Shown in pieces: positions 19,658 through 28,377 of a stretch of 64,000 nucleotides of DNA (the first letter of the stretch is position 1; every line of letters begins with the position of its first letter). The notes under the pieces are model-generated. The model was given only the letters and a program-made list of their open reading frames with translations. It was not told the DNA's origin and did not search any database. The position numbers were made by a program, and so were the translations under genes. The stretch is from positions 18,547-82,546 of the forward strand of contig JAOAHY010000005.1 in the NCBI GenBank assembly GCA_026414995.1. Direction: 5' to 3'. Source of the DNA: Caldisericia bacterium. Lineage in GTDB: Bacteria; Caldisericota; Caldisericia; B22-G15.

Positions 19658-22008
19658 TTGAAAATTATAAATTAAAACCTAATCAATTAAAAAAAGAGTG
19701 TGATCTTTCATTTTTTAAATTTAAAACAACTGAAGAGATTCAACCTATTGAATATTTGATAGGTCAGGAAAGGGCGCTATCAAGTATCAATTTTGCACTT
19801 GATATAAAAGTTGATGGTTATAACCTTTTTGTATCAGGTCCCTCTGGATCAGGAAGAACATCCGCAGTTAGAAGAATTGTAAGTGATAAAGCAAAAGATG
19901 AAAAAACACCTGATGATCTTTGTTATGTTTATAATTTTAAAGATCCTGACAGACCAAACCTTATAAAATTTCCTAGTGGAAAAGGTAATAGTTTTGCAAA
20001 AGATGTTGATGATTTTATTTCAACTATAAGAAAAACAATTCCTAAAGCATTTGAAACAGAAGATTATGAAAGAAGAAGAAATGAAATAGTTAAAAGATTC
20101 CAAATAGAAAAAGAAAATATTCTTCTTGAAATCGAGAATATTGCAAAAGAAAAAGGTTTTTTAATACAGTTAACCCCTACTGGAGTTTTAACAATACCAC
20201 TTAAAGATGGAGCACCATTAAAACCTGAAGATTTTCAGAAATTAACACCAGAAGAACAAAAGAGAATTCAAGAAGAAGGACAAAAACTTCTTGAAGAGTT
20301 AAATGAAGTTGTTTTAAAGATAAAAAAAATAGATAAAAAAATAATTGAAAATTTAAACGAACTTGACATTGAAATTGCTGTTTTTGCAATAGGACATCTC
20401 CTTAAAGACTTAAAAGAAAAATATAATGATGTTCAAGAAGTGAGTGATTATTTAGATGAATTAAAAGAAGATATTATAAATAATTTAAATTTTTTTAAAT
20501 CACCAAAAGAGAATGGTGATGAATTTTTAAGAAGGTATAAAATAAATGTAATTGTTGATAATTCAAAAACAAAAGGGGCACCAGTTATTTATGAAACAAA
20601 TCCAACTTACTTTAATCTTTTCGGTGGAATTGAGTATGAAACAAAAATGGGTGTTATGTATACAGATTTCAATTTAATAAAATCAGGGTCAATTCATAAA
20701 GCAAATGGTGGATATTTAATCATAAACGCATTAGATCTCCTTTTAAATCAATTCTCTTGGGATGCATTAAAAAGAACTCTAAAAAATAAAGAATCTATAA
20801 TTGAAAATCCTCTGGAACAATTAAAAATTGTTCCAACAGTATCTATTAAACCAGAACCAATTCCTATTGATGTTAAGGTAATTTTAATAGGAACTCCTTA
20901 CATATACTATCTTCTCTATTATTACGATGAAGATTTTAAAAAACTTTTCAAAGTTAAGGCTGAATTTGATACTGAAATGGATAGAAATGAAGAAAATATG
21001 AATAAATATGTCAATTTTATTACTAGTTATGTTAAAAAAGAGAATTTAAAGCATCTTACAAAAGAAGCAGTTAAAGAGGTAATTGAATATGGTTCAAGAA
21101 TTGTAGAAGATCAAGAAAAAATAACAACAAGATTTCAACTTATAGGAGATCTAATTACTGAAGCAAATTATTGGGCTCAAAAAGAAAACTCAAATTATAT
21201 AGATGCAATACATATCAAAAGAGCAATAGATGAAAAATATTATAGGTCAAATTTAATTGAGAATAAAATCCATGAATTAATAAAAGATGGAACACTGCTT
21301 ATAGATGTTGATGGAGAAAAAATAGGACAGATAAATGGACTTGCTATAATTTCAATTGGAGATTTTGATTTTGCAAAACCGACAAAAATAACAGCAGATA
21401 TCTCTATGGGTGCAAAGGGTATCATTAACATTGAAAGAGAAGTAAAACTTTCAGGAAGAATTCATGATAAAGGTGTGATGATTTTATCAGGTTATATTGG
21501 AGAAAGATATGCAAAAGATAAACCTCTATCTCTTTCAGCAACCCTTACTTTTGAACAATCATATGAAGAGGTTGAAGGAGACTCTGCCTCAAGCGCAGAA
21601 CTGTATGCATTAATTTCAAGTATAGGAAAATTGCCTATAAAACAATATCTTGCAGTAACAGGATCAGTTAATCAAAAAGGAGAGATTCAACCCATTGGTG
21701 GTGTTAATAGAAAAATTGAAGGATTTTTTGATACTTGTAAAATAAAAGGTTTAACAGGAAAACAAGGAGTAATTATCCCTAAAACAAATGTTAAACATCT
21801 TATGCTTAAAAAGGAGGTTATAGACGCTGTAAAAGATGGTAAATTCCATATTTATGCAATATCAACCATTGAAGAAGGTTTAGAAATTTTAACAGGTATG
21901 AAAATCGAAGAAATAGATAAGAGAGTAAATGAAGAATTATATAAATTAGCAATATCTTATAAGAAATTCGGTGAAGAAAAAAGAGTTAGAGATAAAAACA
22001 AAAAGTAG
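19654..22008 (+). CDS. Lon-like ATP-dependent protease (COG1067/LonB-type: AAA+ domain plus S16 peptidase domain)
   Basis: GPSGSGRT Walker A; C-terminal EGDSASSAELYALISS (Lon S16 catalytic Ser context) and IGGVNRKIEG (catalytic Lys context); 784 aa. Confidence 0.7.
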   Translation: MIENYKLKPNQLKKECDLSFFKFKTTEEIQPIEYLIGQERALSSINFALDIKVDGYNLFVSGPSGSGRTSAVRRIVSDKAKDEKTPDDLCYVYNFKDPDRPNLIKFPSGKGNSFAKDVDDFISTIRKTIPKAFETEDYERRRNEIVKRFQIEKENILLEIENIAKEKGFLIQLTPTGVLTIPLKDGAPLKPEDFQKLTPEEQKRIQEEGQKLLEELNEVVLKIKKIDKKIIENLNELDIEIAVFAIGHLLKDLKEKYNDVQEVSDYLDELKEDIINNLNFFKSPKENGDEFLRRYKINVIVDNSKTKGAPVIYETNPTYFNLFGGIEYETKMGVMYTDFNLIKSGSIHKANGGYLIINALDLLLNQFSWDALKRTLKNKESIIENPLEQLKIVPTVSIKPEPIPIDVKVILIGTPYIYYLLYYYDEDFKKLFKVKAEFDTEMDRNEENMNKYVNFITSYVKKENLKHLTKEAVKEVIEYGSRIVEDQEKITTRFQLIGDLITEANYWAQKENSNYIDAIHIKRAIDEKYYRSNLIENKIHELIKDGTLLIDVDGEKIGQINGLAIISIGDFDFAKPTKITADISMGAKGIINIEREVKLSGRIHDKGVMILSGYIGERYAKDKPLSLSATLTFEQSYEEVEGDSASSAELYALISSIGKLPIKQYLAVTGSVNQKGEIQPIGGVNRKIEGFFDTCKIKGLTGKQGVIIPKTNVKHLMLKKEVIDAVKDGKFHIYAISTIEEGLEILTGMKIEEIDKRVNEELYKLAISYKKFGEEKRVRDKNKK

Positions 22009-22435
22009 TTCTGAAACAATTAATTTTGGAAAAAAATTATCAAATTGTTTAAAAAGGGGTGATTTAATTCTTATTAGAGGCGAACTTGGTGCAGGAAAAT
22101 CAACATTAATAAAGGGTATTGGAAAAGGAATTGGAGTTAATGAAGATGTTAAATCACCCTCTTTTATTATAGTTAATGAACTAAAAGGAAGGGAATTAAT
22201 ATTATATCATATAGATTTGTATAGAATTGAAGGTAATGAAATTTTTGAACTCGGTTTAAATGAATTTTTGAATAACGGAGTAGTCGCAATTGAATGGGCT
22301 GAAAAAGTATATAATTTTTTTGAAGATTTTGATTTAATTGATATAGAAATTAAAATTTTGAGCGAGAATGAGAGAAATATAAAAATTACATTAAAAGGAG
22401 AAGAGATTATTAAAAGATGCTTCATGTTTCTTTAA
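21971..22435 (+). CDS. tsaE: tRNA threonylcarbamoyladenosine biosynthesis protein TsaE
   Basis: GDLILIRGELGAGKSTLIKGI ... VKSPSFIIVNEL, the canonical TsaE/YjeE P-loop. GTG start overlaps the upstream gene by about 38 nt; the exact start is uncertain. Confidence 0.8.
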   Translation: MKKKELEIKTKSSSETINFGKKLSNCLKRGDLILIRGELGAGKSTLIKGIGKGIGVNEDVKSPSFIIVNELKGRELILYHIDLYRIEGNEIFELGLNEFLNNGVVAIEWAEKVYNFFEDFDLIDIEIKILSENERNIKITLKGEEIIKRCFMFL

Positions 22436-23028
22436 ATACAGCAATTGAACCATATAGCATATCTCTTTTAGAAGATGAAAAGTTCTTATCTGGATACTCT
22501 TGGATTTTTTCTAATACAGGAAAAAATGAACATTTATTTGGACTTGATTTAATTTTAAAAAATTCTGGAAAACATATCAAAGATTTAAATTTTTTAACAA
22601 TTTTATCAGGTCCTGGTTCATTTACAGGTTTAAGAATAGGTTTTACATTTGCAAAAACAATTAATTATATTTTTAAAATACCAGTTGTATCAATTGATGT
22701 ATTTGAAGTTATAAAAGAAAGTATTAATATAAAAAATTATGTTATTGTTATTAATGCAGGAATTAAGGAACTCATCACTTTTGATGGAGAGAATATTAAA
22801 ATAATAAAAATTGATGAATTATTAAATGTCTCAAAAGATAAAATAATAATTTTTCCAGAGTATTATCTGTTTAGCGAATTCAAAATAGGTATTTATCTAA
22901 ATATAGATACTTATATGCTTGGAAAAATTGGATTAAATAAATTTAAAATGGGAGAAGTTTTTAACTATAAAAATTTAAATCCATTTTATCTTAAAGATGC
23001 TGAATCAATTTTTAAAAAATTTAAATAA
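22417..23028 (+). CDS. tsaB: tRNA threonylcarbamoyladenosine biosynthesis protein TsaB
   Basis: LSGPGSFTGLRIG signature of TsaB/YeaZ; 203 aa. Confidence 0.85.
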   Translation: MLHVSLNTAIEPYSISLLEDEKFLSGYSWIFSNTGKNEHLFGLDLILKNSGKHIKDLNFLTILSGPGSFTGLRIGFTFAKTINYIFKIPVVSIDVFEVIKESINIKNYVIVINAGIKELITFDGENIKIIKIDELLNVSKDKIIIFPEYYLFSEFKIGIYLNIDTYMLGKIGLNKFKMGEVFNYKNLNPFYLKDAESIFKKFK

Positions 23029-23042
23029 ATTGGAGGAAATTA

Positions 23043-23966
23043 ATGGATAGAAAAAGTTTAATTAGAGAGATAGAAAAAATAAGAAATTCTAAACTTCTTG
23101 TTTACTTTCTTGGACCAAATTCAAATATTGCCCAAGATGCAGTTGAAGTTTTATATAATCATTTAAGAGTTTTAGGAAAGGTAGATAACTTAGATCTATT
23201 TTTACATACCTTTGGTGGAATTCTTGAAATCCCTCCAAAGATAGTTTCAATTATGAGAGAATTTTCAAAACATTTTTCTGTTTTAATTCCATATAGAGCA
23301 CACTCTGCAGGAACTTTAATAGCAATTGGTGCTGATGAAATAATAATGGGAAAAATGTCAGAATTAACACCAGTAGATCCGCAAACAAGATCACCACTTA
23401 ATCCTAAAGATCCAAAAGGTGAAATTACTTTTGTTGCAGTTCAAGATTTAATATCATTTTTTAAATTTGTAGATAAAGTAGGAATTGAAAAAAAAGAGGA
23501 AATTTTTAAAAGTTTACTCGAAAATCTTCACCCACTTGTTATTGGAACAGTAAATAGATCTTGGTCTTTGATAAAACATATCATGAATAGATTATTATCT
23601 CATAGTAATTATAATGATAAAGAGAAAGAAGAAATTATAGAACTTTTATCAGGAGGTCTTCCATCGCACAATTATTTAATTACAAGAAAGGAAGCAAAAG
23701 AAATATTAAAAGATAAGGTTATATTTGCATCAGAGGAGCTTGAAACATTAATGTGGGATTTATATGTTCAATATATGATTCTCTTTAATCCAAATGTCCC
23801 TTATGTGTTTGATCCTCTATTTAACAGAGAAGTTAAAAAAGTAAATATTGCAGCAATTGAAACCTTAAATACTAATTCTTTGTTTATCCAAGTATTTGAT
23901 AAAAAGGTAGAGGATGGAAAAATTATTGAAATACCGATTATCGGTAGATGGGTTGATGTTAAGTAA
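23043..23966 (+). CDS. ClpP/crotonase-fold serine protease, S49/SDH-like family
   Basis: LFLHTFGG ... YRAHSAGTLIAIGADEIIMGKMSELTPVDPQ resembles the S49/serine dehydrogenase proteinase core; RBS GGAGG. Confidence 0.55.
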   Translation: MDRKSLIREIEKIRNSKLLVYFLGPNSNIAQDAVEVLYNHLRVLGKVDNLDLFLHTFGGILEIPPKIVSIMREFSKHFSVLIPYRAHSAGTLIAIGADEIIMGKMSELTPVDPQTRSPLNPKDPKGEITFVAVQDLISFFKFVDKVGIEKKEEIFKSLLENLHPLVIGTVNRSWSLIKHIMNRLLSHSNYNDKEKEEIIELLSGGLPSHNYLITRKEAKEILKDKVIFASEELETLMWDLYVQYMILFNPNVPYVFDPLFNREVKKVNIAAIETLNTNSLFIQVFDKKVEDGKIIEIPIIGRWVDVK

Positions 23967-24651
23967 ATTCTTTTTTTAAATATCTAAATAGATACATTGA
24001 AATAGGAACACAAAGAACAATTGCAACAATCGCTTCTGGAATTCCATGAATTATTCCAACACTGATTGCTTGTTGTAAATTTATAACTTTAAAAATTACA
24101 CCTAATCCAAGGGTTATTATAGTATTTGTTATACTTCCTATAAAAGAAGCTAAAGTTAAGGAAACAATTAAAGGTTTCCCTTTTGATATATAAAGATAAA
24201 ATAAAACTGCAGGAACAAAAGAAATTGCAGCAGAAATATAATAAATTTTAATATACTGTTGAATAATCCAAAAAATAATTAAAAATAAAATAATGCTTAC
24301 AATTAAATGTATAATTATAGAATTTAGCTTTTTTTCTTGTTTTAAAATTTTATATAGTGAATAAAAAACAAATGCTGAAAAGACTCCAATTAAAGGTCTT
24401 GCAGGAAATAAAACCCAAATTGGAAACATTGATCCAAAAGCATATACAACTGAAATTCCAAAAATAGTTCCAACAAGTGCTCCATATTTTGCACCTAAAA
24501 CAATACCAGTTATAATAACTGGTATATGCATAATTGTTGCAGCACCTGCTGGAGTTGGAAGTGGTATGTACCCCCATTGTGTAAATCCTAAAATAATTGT
24601 TATTGCTCCTAAAACACCAACGAGAGTTATCTCTCTAATCTTTGTGTTCAT
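23959..24651 (-). CDS. Polytopic membrane protein, possibly an ECF-transporter S component
   Basis: 230 aa, 5-6 TM segments, N-terminal pattern ITLVGVLGAIT...GYIPLPTPAGAATIMHIPVIITG typical of ECF substrate-capture components. Substrate unknown; no riboswitch space upstream. Confidence 0.4.
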   Translation of the reverse strand: MNTKIREITLVGVLGAITIILGFTQWGYIPLPTPAGAATIMHIPVIITGIVLGAKYGALVGTIFGISVVYAFGSMFPIWVLFPARPLIGVFSAFVFYSLYKILKQEKKLNSIIIHLIVSIILFLIIFWIIQQYIKIYYISAAISFVPAVLFYLYISKGKPLIVSLTLASFIGSITNTIITLGLGVIFKVINLQQAISVGIIHGIPEAIVAIVLCVPISMYLFRYLKKEFT

Positions 24652-24701
24652 GATTCCCTCCTATAAAATTCCCCTTATAAGATATTAAAATTAAATTAAT
24701 T

Positions 24702-25115
24702 ATGTTTAAAACATACATTTTAATTTTAAAACTAAAAAGAAATATATCAATACCTGTTGGTATTTTAAAAACTATAAATTTTAAAAAGGGATATTATGCA
24801 TATATTGGAAGTGGAAAGAGGAAAATTATTTCAAGAATATCAAGACACATTAAAGAAAAAAAGAAAATATTTTGGCATATTGATTATTTAACAACAAATA
24901 ATAATTTTAAAATTCAAGAAATTTATTTAATTAAAAATCTTTCAGAATGTGAATTATCAAAAATGTTTTATTCAAAAAACATAAGTTTCATTGAAAAATT
25001 TGGATCATCAGATTGTTTTTGTAATTCACATTTATATTATTTTAGAAATTTAAAAGATATTAAATCTTTATTAAAATCTATTACTATTAGGAGGTTTTAT
25101 GAGCACTCTTTTTAA
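24702..25115 (+). CDS. Small GIY-YIG-like/DUF123-type protein (hypothetical)
   Basis: GYYAYIGSGK ... RISRHI ... IFWHIDYL pattern recalls DUF123 (GIY-YIG superfamily). No SD, so the start is uncertain. Confidence 0.35.
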   Translation: MFKTYILILKLKRNISIPVGILKTINFKKGYYAYIGSGKRKIISRISRHIKEKKKIFWHIDYLTTNNNFKIQEIYLIKNLSECELSKMFYSKNISFIEKFGSSDCFCNSHLYYFRNLKDIKSLLKSITIRRFYEHSF

Positions 25116-26136
25116 TGAGTTAAACATTGGTAACATGACAATTAAAAACAGGATTATTATGCCACCACTTGCAGTAAAAAACCCTGAAACAACTGGCTTT
25201 GTTAATGATGTAGTACTAAATTATTATGTTGATATGTCAAAACTTGGAATGGGTCTAATAATAACTGAAAATGTTTTTCCATCAAAGGAATCAAGAGTTA
25301 TGCCAAATCAACTTTTATTATCAGATGATATTTTTATTGAAGGACATAAAAAACTCGTTGATGAGGTTCATAAAAATGGAGTAAAAATTGCTATTGAAAT
25401 AAATCATTCAGGGTCAAATTTATATGAAATACCGGAATTAAAAAATATGCTTAAAAATAAAGAAGAAAGCGATTTTGTCTTTGAAGATGATGAAGATACA
25501 AGAAAACCTCTTAAATCAATAAACGAAGAAGATTTATCAAAAGAAAAAATTAGAGAAATAATTTTATCATTTGGAGAAGCAGGAAGAAGAGCAAAAGAAG
25601 CTGGATATGATATGATTGAAATTCATGCAGGCCATGGATTTTTAATTAATCAATTTTTATCACCAATGATAAACAAAAGGAAAGATGAATATGGAGGAAC
25701 TCCATTAAATAGAGCAAGAATTCTTTTTGAAATTATAGATGAAGTTAAATCTAAAATAAAAGATAAATTAATTTCAGTTAGATTGCCATTAAGTGATAAT
25801 CCTCCACAATTTAAATTTTTTGAAAATGGATTAACACTTGAAGATGGTTTATTAATTGGAAAAGAAGTATCATTAAAAGTTGATATGATTGATGTTACTG
25901 GTGGATATTCTGGAAGTAGACCTAAGGAAATATGGGGTTATGAAGGATATTTTAAAGAATATAGTAAAAAATTAAAAGAAATAGTAAAGATTCCAATTAA
26001 TTTAACAGGTGGTATTAAAACACCAACTTTTGCTAATTATCTTATTGAAAATGGATATTGTGATACTGTTGGAATTGGAAGAGCTCTTCTATCTGATAAA
26101 AATTGGATAGAGAAAGCAAAAGTTGTATTAAGATAA
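25099..26136 (+). CDS. NADH:flavin oxidoreductase, Old Yellow Enzyme family
   Basis: IIMPPLAV..., HAGHGFLINQFLSP, DEYGG motifs of OYE TIM-barrel flavoproteins; RBS AGGAGG. Confidence 0.8.
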   Translation: MSTLFNELNIGNMTIKNRIIMPPLAVKNPETTGFVNDVVLNYYVDMSKLGMGLIITENVFPSKESRVMPNQLLLSDDIFIEGHKKLVDEVHKNGVKIAIEINHSGSNLYEIPELKNMLKNKEESDFVFEDDEDTRKPLKSINEEDLSKEKIREIILSFGEAGRRAKEAGYDMIEIHAGHGFLINQFLSPMINKRKDEYGGTPLNRARILFEIIDEVKSKIKDKLISVRLPLSDNPPQFKFFENGLTLEDGLLIGKEVSLKVDMIDVTGGYSGSRPKEIWGYEGYFKEYSKKLKEIVKIPINLTGGIKTPTFANYLIENGYCDTVGIGRALLSDKNWIEKAKVVLR

Positions 26137-27075
26137 GTATTCTATAAACTCTTTTAGATAAAATTCAACAGTACCAATTTCTTTTATATTAAATCTTAAT
26201 TTATCTAATATTGAAAATTTATCAATTTTAATCTTTATTTTTTCATTAACTTTCCATATAAAGGGATAATTTTTATCTATAACAATCCTTTTTTCATCAA
26301 TTTTAATATTTTCAATAGTGAAATCTGTTAAAGAATTTACTAAAGTCAAAACAATTTCATTTTCTCTATAAAAACTCTCCTCTTTAACAATAAGTTTTAA
26401 TAAATATTGAATGTATTTATTTTCTATCTTTTTTTTATTTTTAAATCTTTCTGGAAAATCGGTTATAACTCCTAAAGGATTATATAGTTTTATCAATTCT
26501 ATTTCATTATCTTCATTAACAACCCATGGGATTATTCTATCATAATAATTTTTATAATCACTTACTAAATAATTTATATTTGGTTTTAAATAATTAACTT
26601 CATTTAGATATTCTTTTATACTTTTTGGAACATGAACATATAGATATGCAAACTTAATATCTTTATAAATTTTTTTAAATTCATAAATCTCTTTATGATA
26701 AAAAGAGGATACAATTAAATTTTCATAATTAAATTTTTTAATTAAATCAAGTACAAACCTAAAATCTTCTCTATTTTTTATTTCAATATCAACAAATTTA
26801 TTTTTATCCCTAACAAGTTGTAAAACTTCTTCAAGAGTTGGAATTTTATCTTTTAAATTATTCTTATTCAATGAATTAAAATCATTTTTTCTTATATCAA
26901 AATCTATTCCAAAAACTCTTTTTAAATTAATATCATGTGAAATTACTAATTTATCATCTAATGTTTTCTGTATATCTACTTCTATACCATCTGCACCTAA
27001 TTCAAATGCTTTGAGATAACTTTTTATTGTATTTTCTGTTTCATAAAAACAACCTCTATGTCCAATTATTATCAT
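26128..27075 (-). CDS. Glycerophosphodiester phosphodiesterase family protein (GDPD domain plus C-terminal extension)
   Basis: IIGHRGCFYETENT ... GADGIEVDIQ ... ISHD: GDPD catalytic His/Glu/Asp motifs. Confidence 0.75.
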   Translation of the reverse strand: MIIIGHRGCFYETENTIKSYLKAFELGADGIEVDIQKTLDDKLVISHDINLKRVFGIDFDIRKNDFNSLNKNNLKDKIPTLEEVLQLVRDKNKFVDIEIKNREDFRFVLDLIKKFNYENLIVSSFYHKEIYEFKKIYKDIKFAYLYVHVPKSIKEYLNEVNYLKPNINYLVSDYKNYYDRIIPWVVNEDNEIELIKLYNPLGVITDFPERFKNKKKIENKYIQYLLKLIVKEESFYRENEIVLTLVNSLTDFTIENIKIDEKRIVIDKNYPFIWKVNEKIKIKIDKFSILDKLRFNIKEIGTVEFYLKEFIEYLS

Positions 27076-27557
27076 CTATTAATTAATTTCTTTACTGCAT
27101 TTTCTATTCCATGATATCCTGTGCATCTACATAAATTACTCTCAAGATATTCTCTTATTGTTTCATCATCAGGCTTTTCATATTTTTTAAGTAATGAATA
27201 TACATTAACAATGAATCCTGAAGTACAGAAACCACATTGAAAACCTTCTTCTTCAATGAATGCCTCTTTAATTCTATTATCATTAATTCCTTCAATGGTA
27301 GTTATTTTGTCTTCGTCATCCAATTCTATAGCTAATATCATGCATGATTTGAACGGAATATCATTTATCAAAACAGTACATGCACCACAATCTCCATTTT
27401 CACAACCAATTTTTGTTCCTGTTAATCCAATTTTTTCTCTTATCACCCTTAATAATGTTTCATTTGTTTTTATTAAAATTCTTTTCTTTTCTCCATTAAT
27501 ATTAAAATTTTTCTCTATAAAACCTTCATAAATTTTCATAATTTTAACTCCTCCCAA
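27072..27557 (-). CDS. Molybdenum hydroxylase (xanthine dehydrogenase/aldehyde oxidoreductase family) [2Fe-2S] subunit
   Basis: GCENGDCGACTV, CGFCTSG, LCRCTGY cysteine motifs. The likely true start is the internal ATG (MKIYEG, about 27539) preceded by GGGAGGAG; the track uses an upstream TTG. Confidence 0.85.
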   Translation of the reverse strand: MGGVKIMKIYEGFIEKNFNINGEKKRILIKTNETLLRVIREKIGLTGTKIGCENGDCGACTVLINDIPFKSCMILAIELDDEDKITTIEGINDNRIKEAFIEEEGFQCGFCTSGFIVNVYSLLKKYEKPDDETIREYLESNLCRCTGYHGIENAVKKLINR

Positions 27558-28377
27558 AATATCTCAAAGCATCATCTAAGATAAGTTTAAAAAGCTCTAT
27601 TCTATATTCTTTGGATGCTCTAAAATCTGATTTGAATAAAGGTAAAAGATACTCAACAATTTTATCAATTTTATTTTTTGAATTCATGTCACTATTATTT
27701 AATATTTCTTCTACCTTTTTATCTCTTAACGGAAAGTTAAATGCACCAGTAATTGCAAATTTTAAATTTTCATTTTCATTCAAAAAAAGAGTAGATATTA
27801 TTGGGTAATCAACTCTTGAATAGAAAACCTTTCTATCATAATAATAATCAAGATTTAGTTTCTCTTTATTGATTACAAATTGAACTAAAATATCTCCTTT
27901 TTCTATTTTTAAATTTTTGTCAAATATTTCATTTATACTTATCTCTTTTAATCCCTCAAGTCCAAAAAATCTTATTTTCGCATCAAAAATGAGCATTGGC
28001 AAAACTGCTTCTCTATATGGAAGTTGACCTAAAATATTTCCACCAATTGTTATTTTATTTCTTGTGGTTCTATCAGCTACATATTTTATTGATTTTGAAA
28101 TTATATTTGAAAAATTAGCCTCTATTAATTTATTTAAAGAAACAGTTGAACCAATTATTAGATTTCCATTATCAAAATAAATCTCAATACATTCTCTAAT
28201 TTTTTTTAAATCAATTAAAACATCAGGATTTATAAGCCTTCTCCTAGTAAAAGTGATAATTTCAGTACCACCACTATAATAATAAGGATTTAGACCCTTT
28301 CCTTTATAATTTATATATATTTCATAAGCTTCTTTTAAATTATCTGGTTTAATATAAATTAAGTCTTTTGAAATCAT
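27544..28377 (-). CDS. Molybdenum hydroxylase FAD-binding subunit (CoxM/XdhB-like)
   Basis: 277 aa, FAD-binding PCMH-type domain (YYYSGGTEI...), positioned between the Mo and Fe-S subunits. Confidence 0.7.
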   Translation of the reverse strand: MISKDLIYIKPDNLKEAYEIYINYKGKGLNPYYYSGGTEIITFTRRRLINPDVLIDLKKIRECIEIYFDNGNLIIGSTVSLNKLIEANFSNIISKSIKYVADRTTRNKITIGGNILGQLPYREAVLPMLIFDAKIRFFGLEGLKEISINEIFDKNLKIEKGDILVQFVINKEKLNLDYYYDRKVFYSRVDYPIISTLFLNENENLKFAITGAFNFPLRDKKVEEILNNSDMNSKNKIDKIVEYLLPLFKSDFRASKEYRIELFKLILDDALRYFGRS

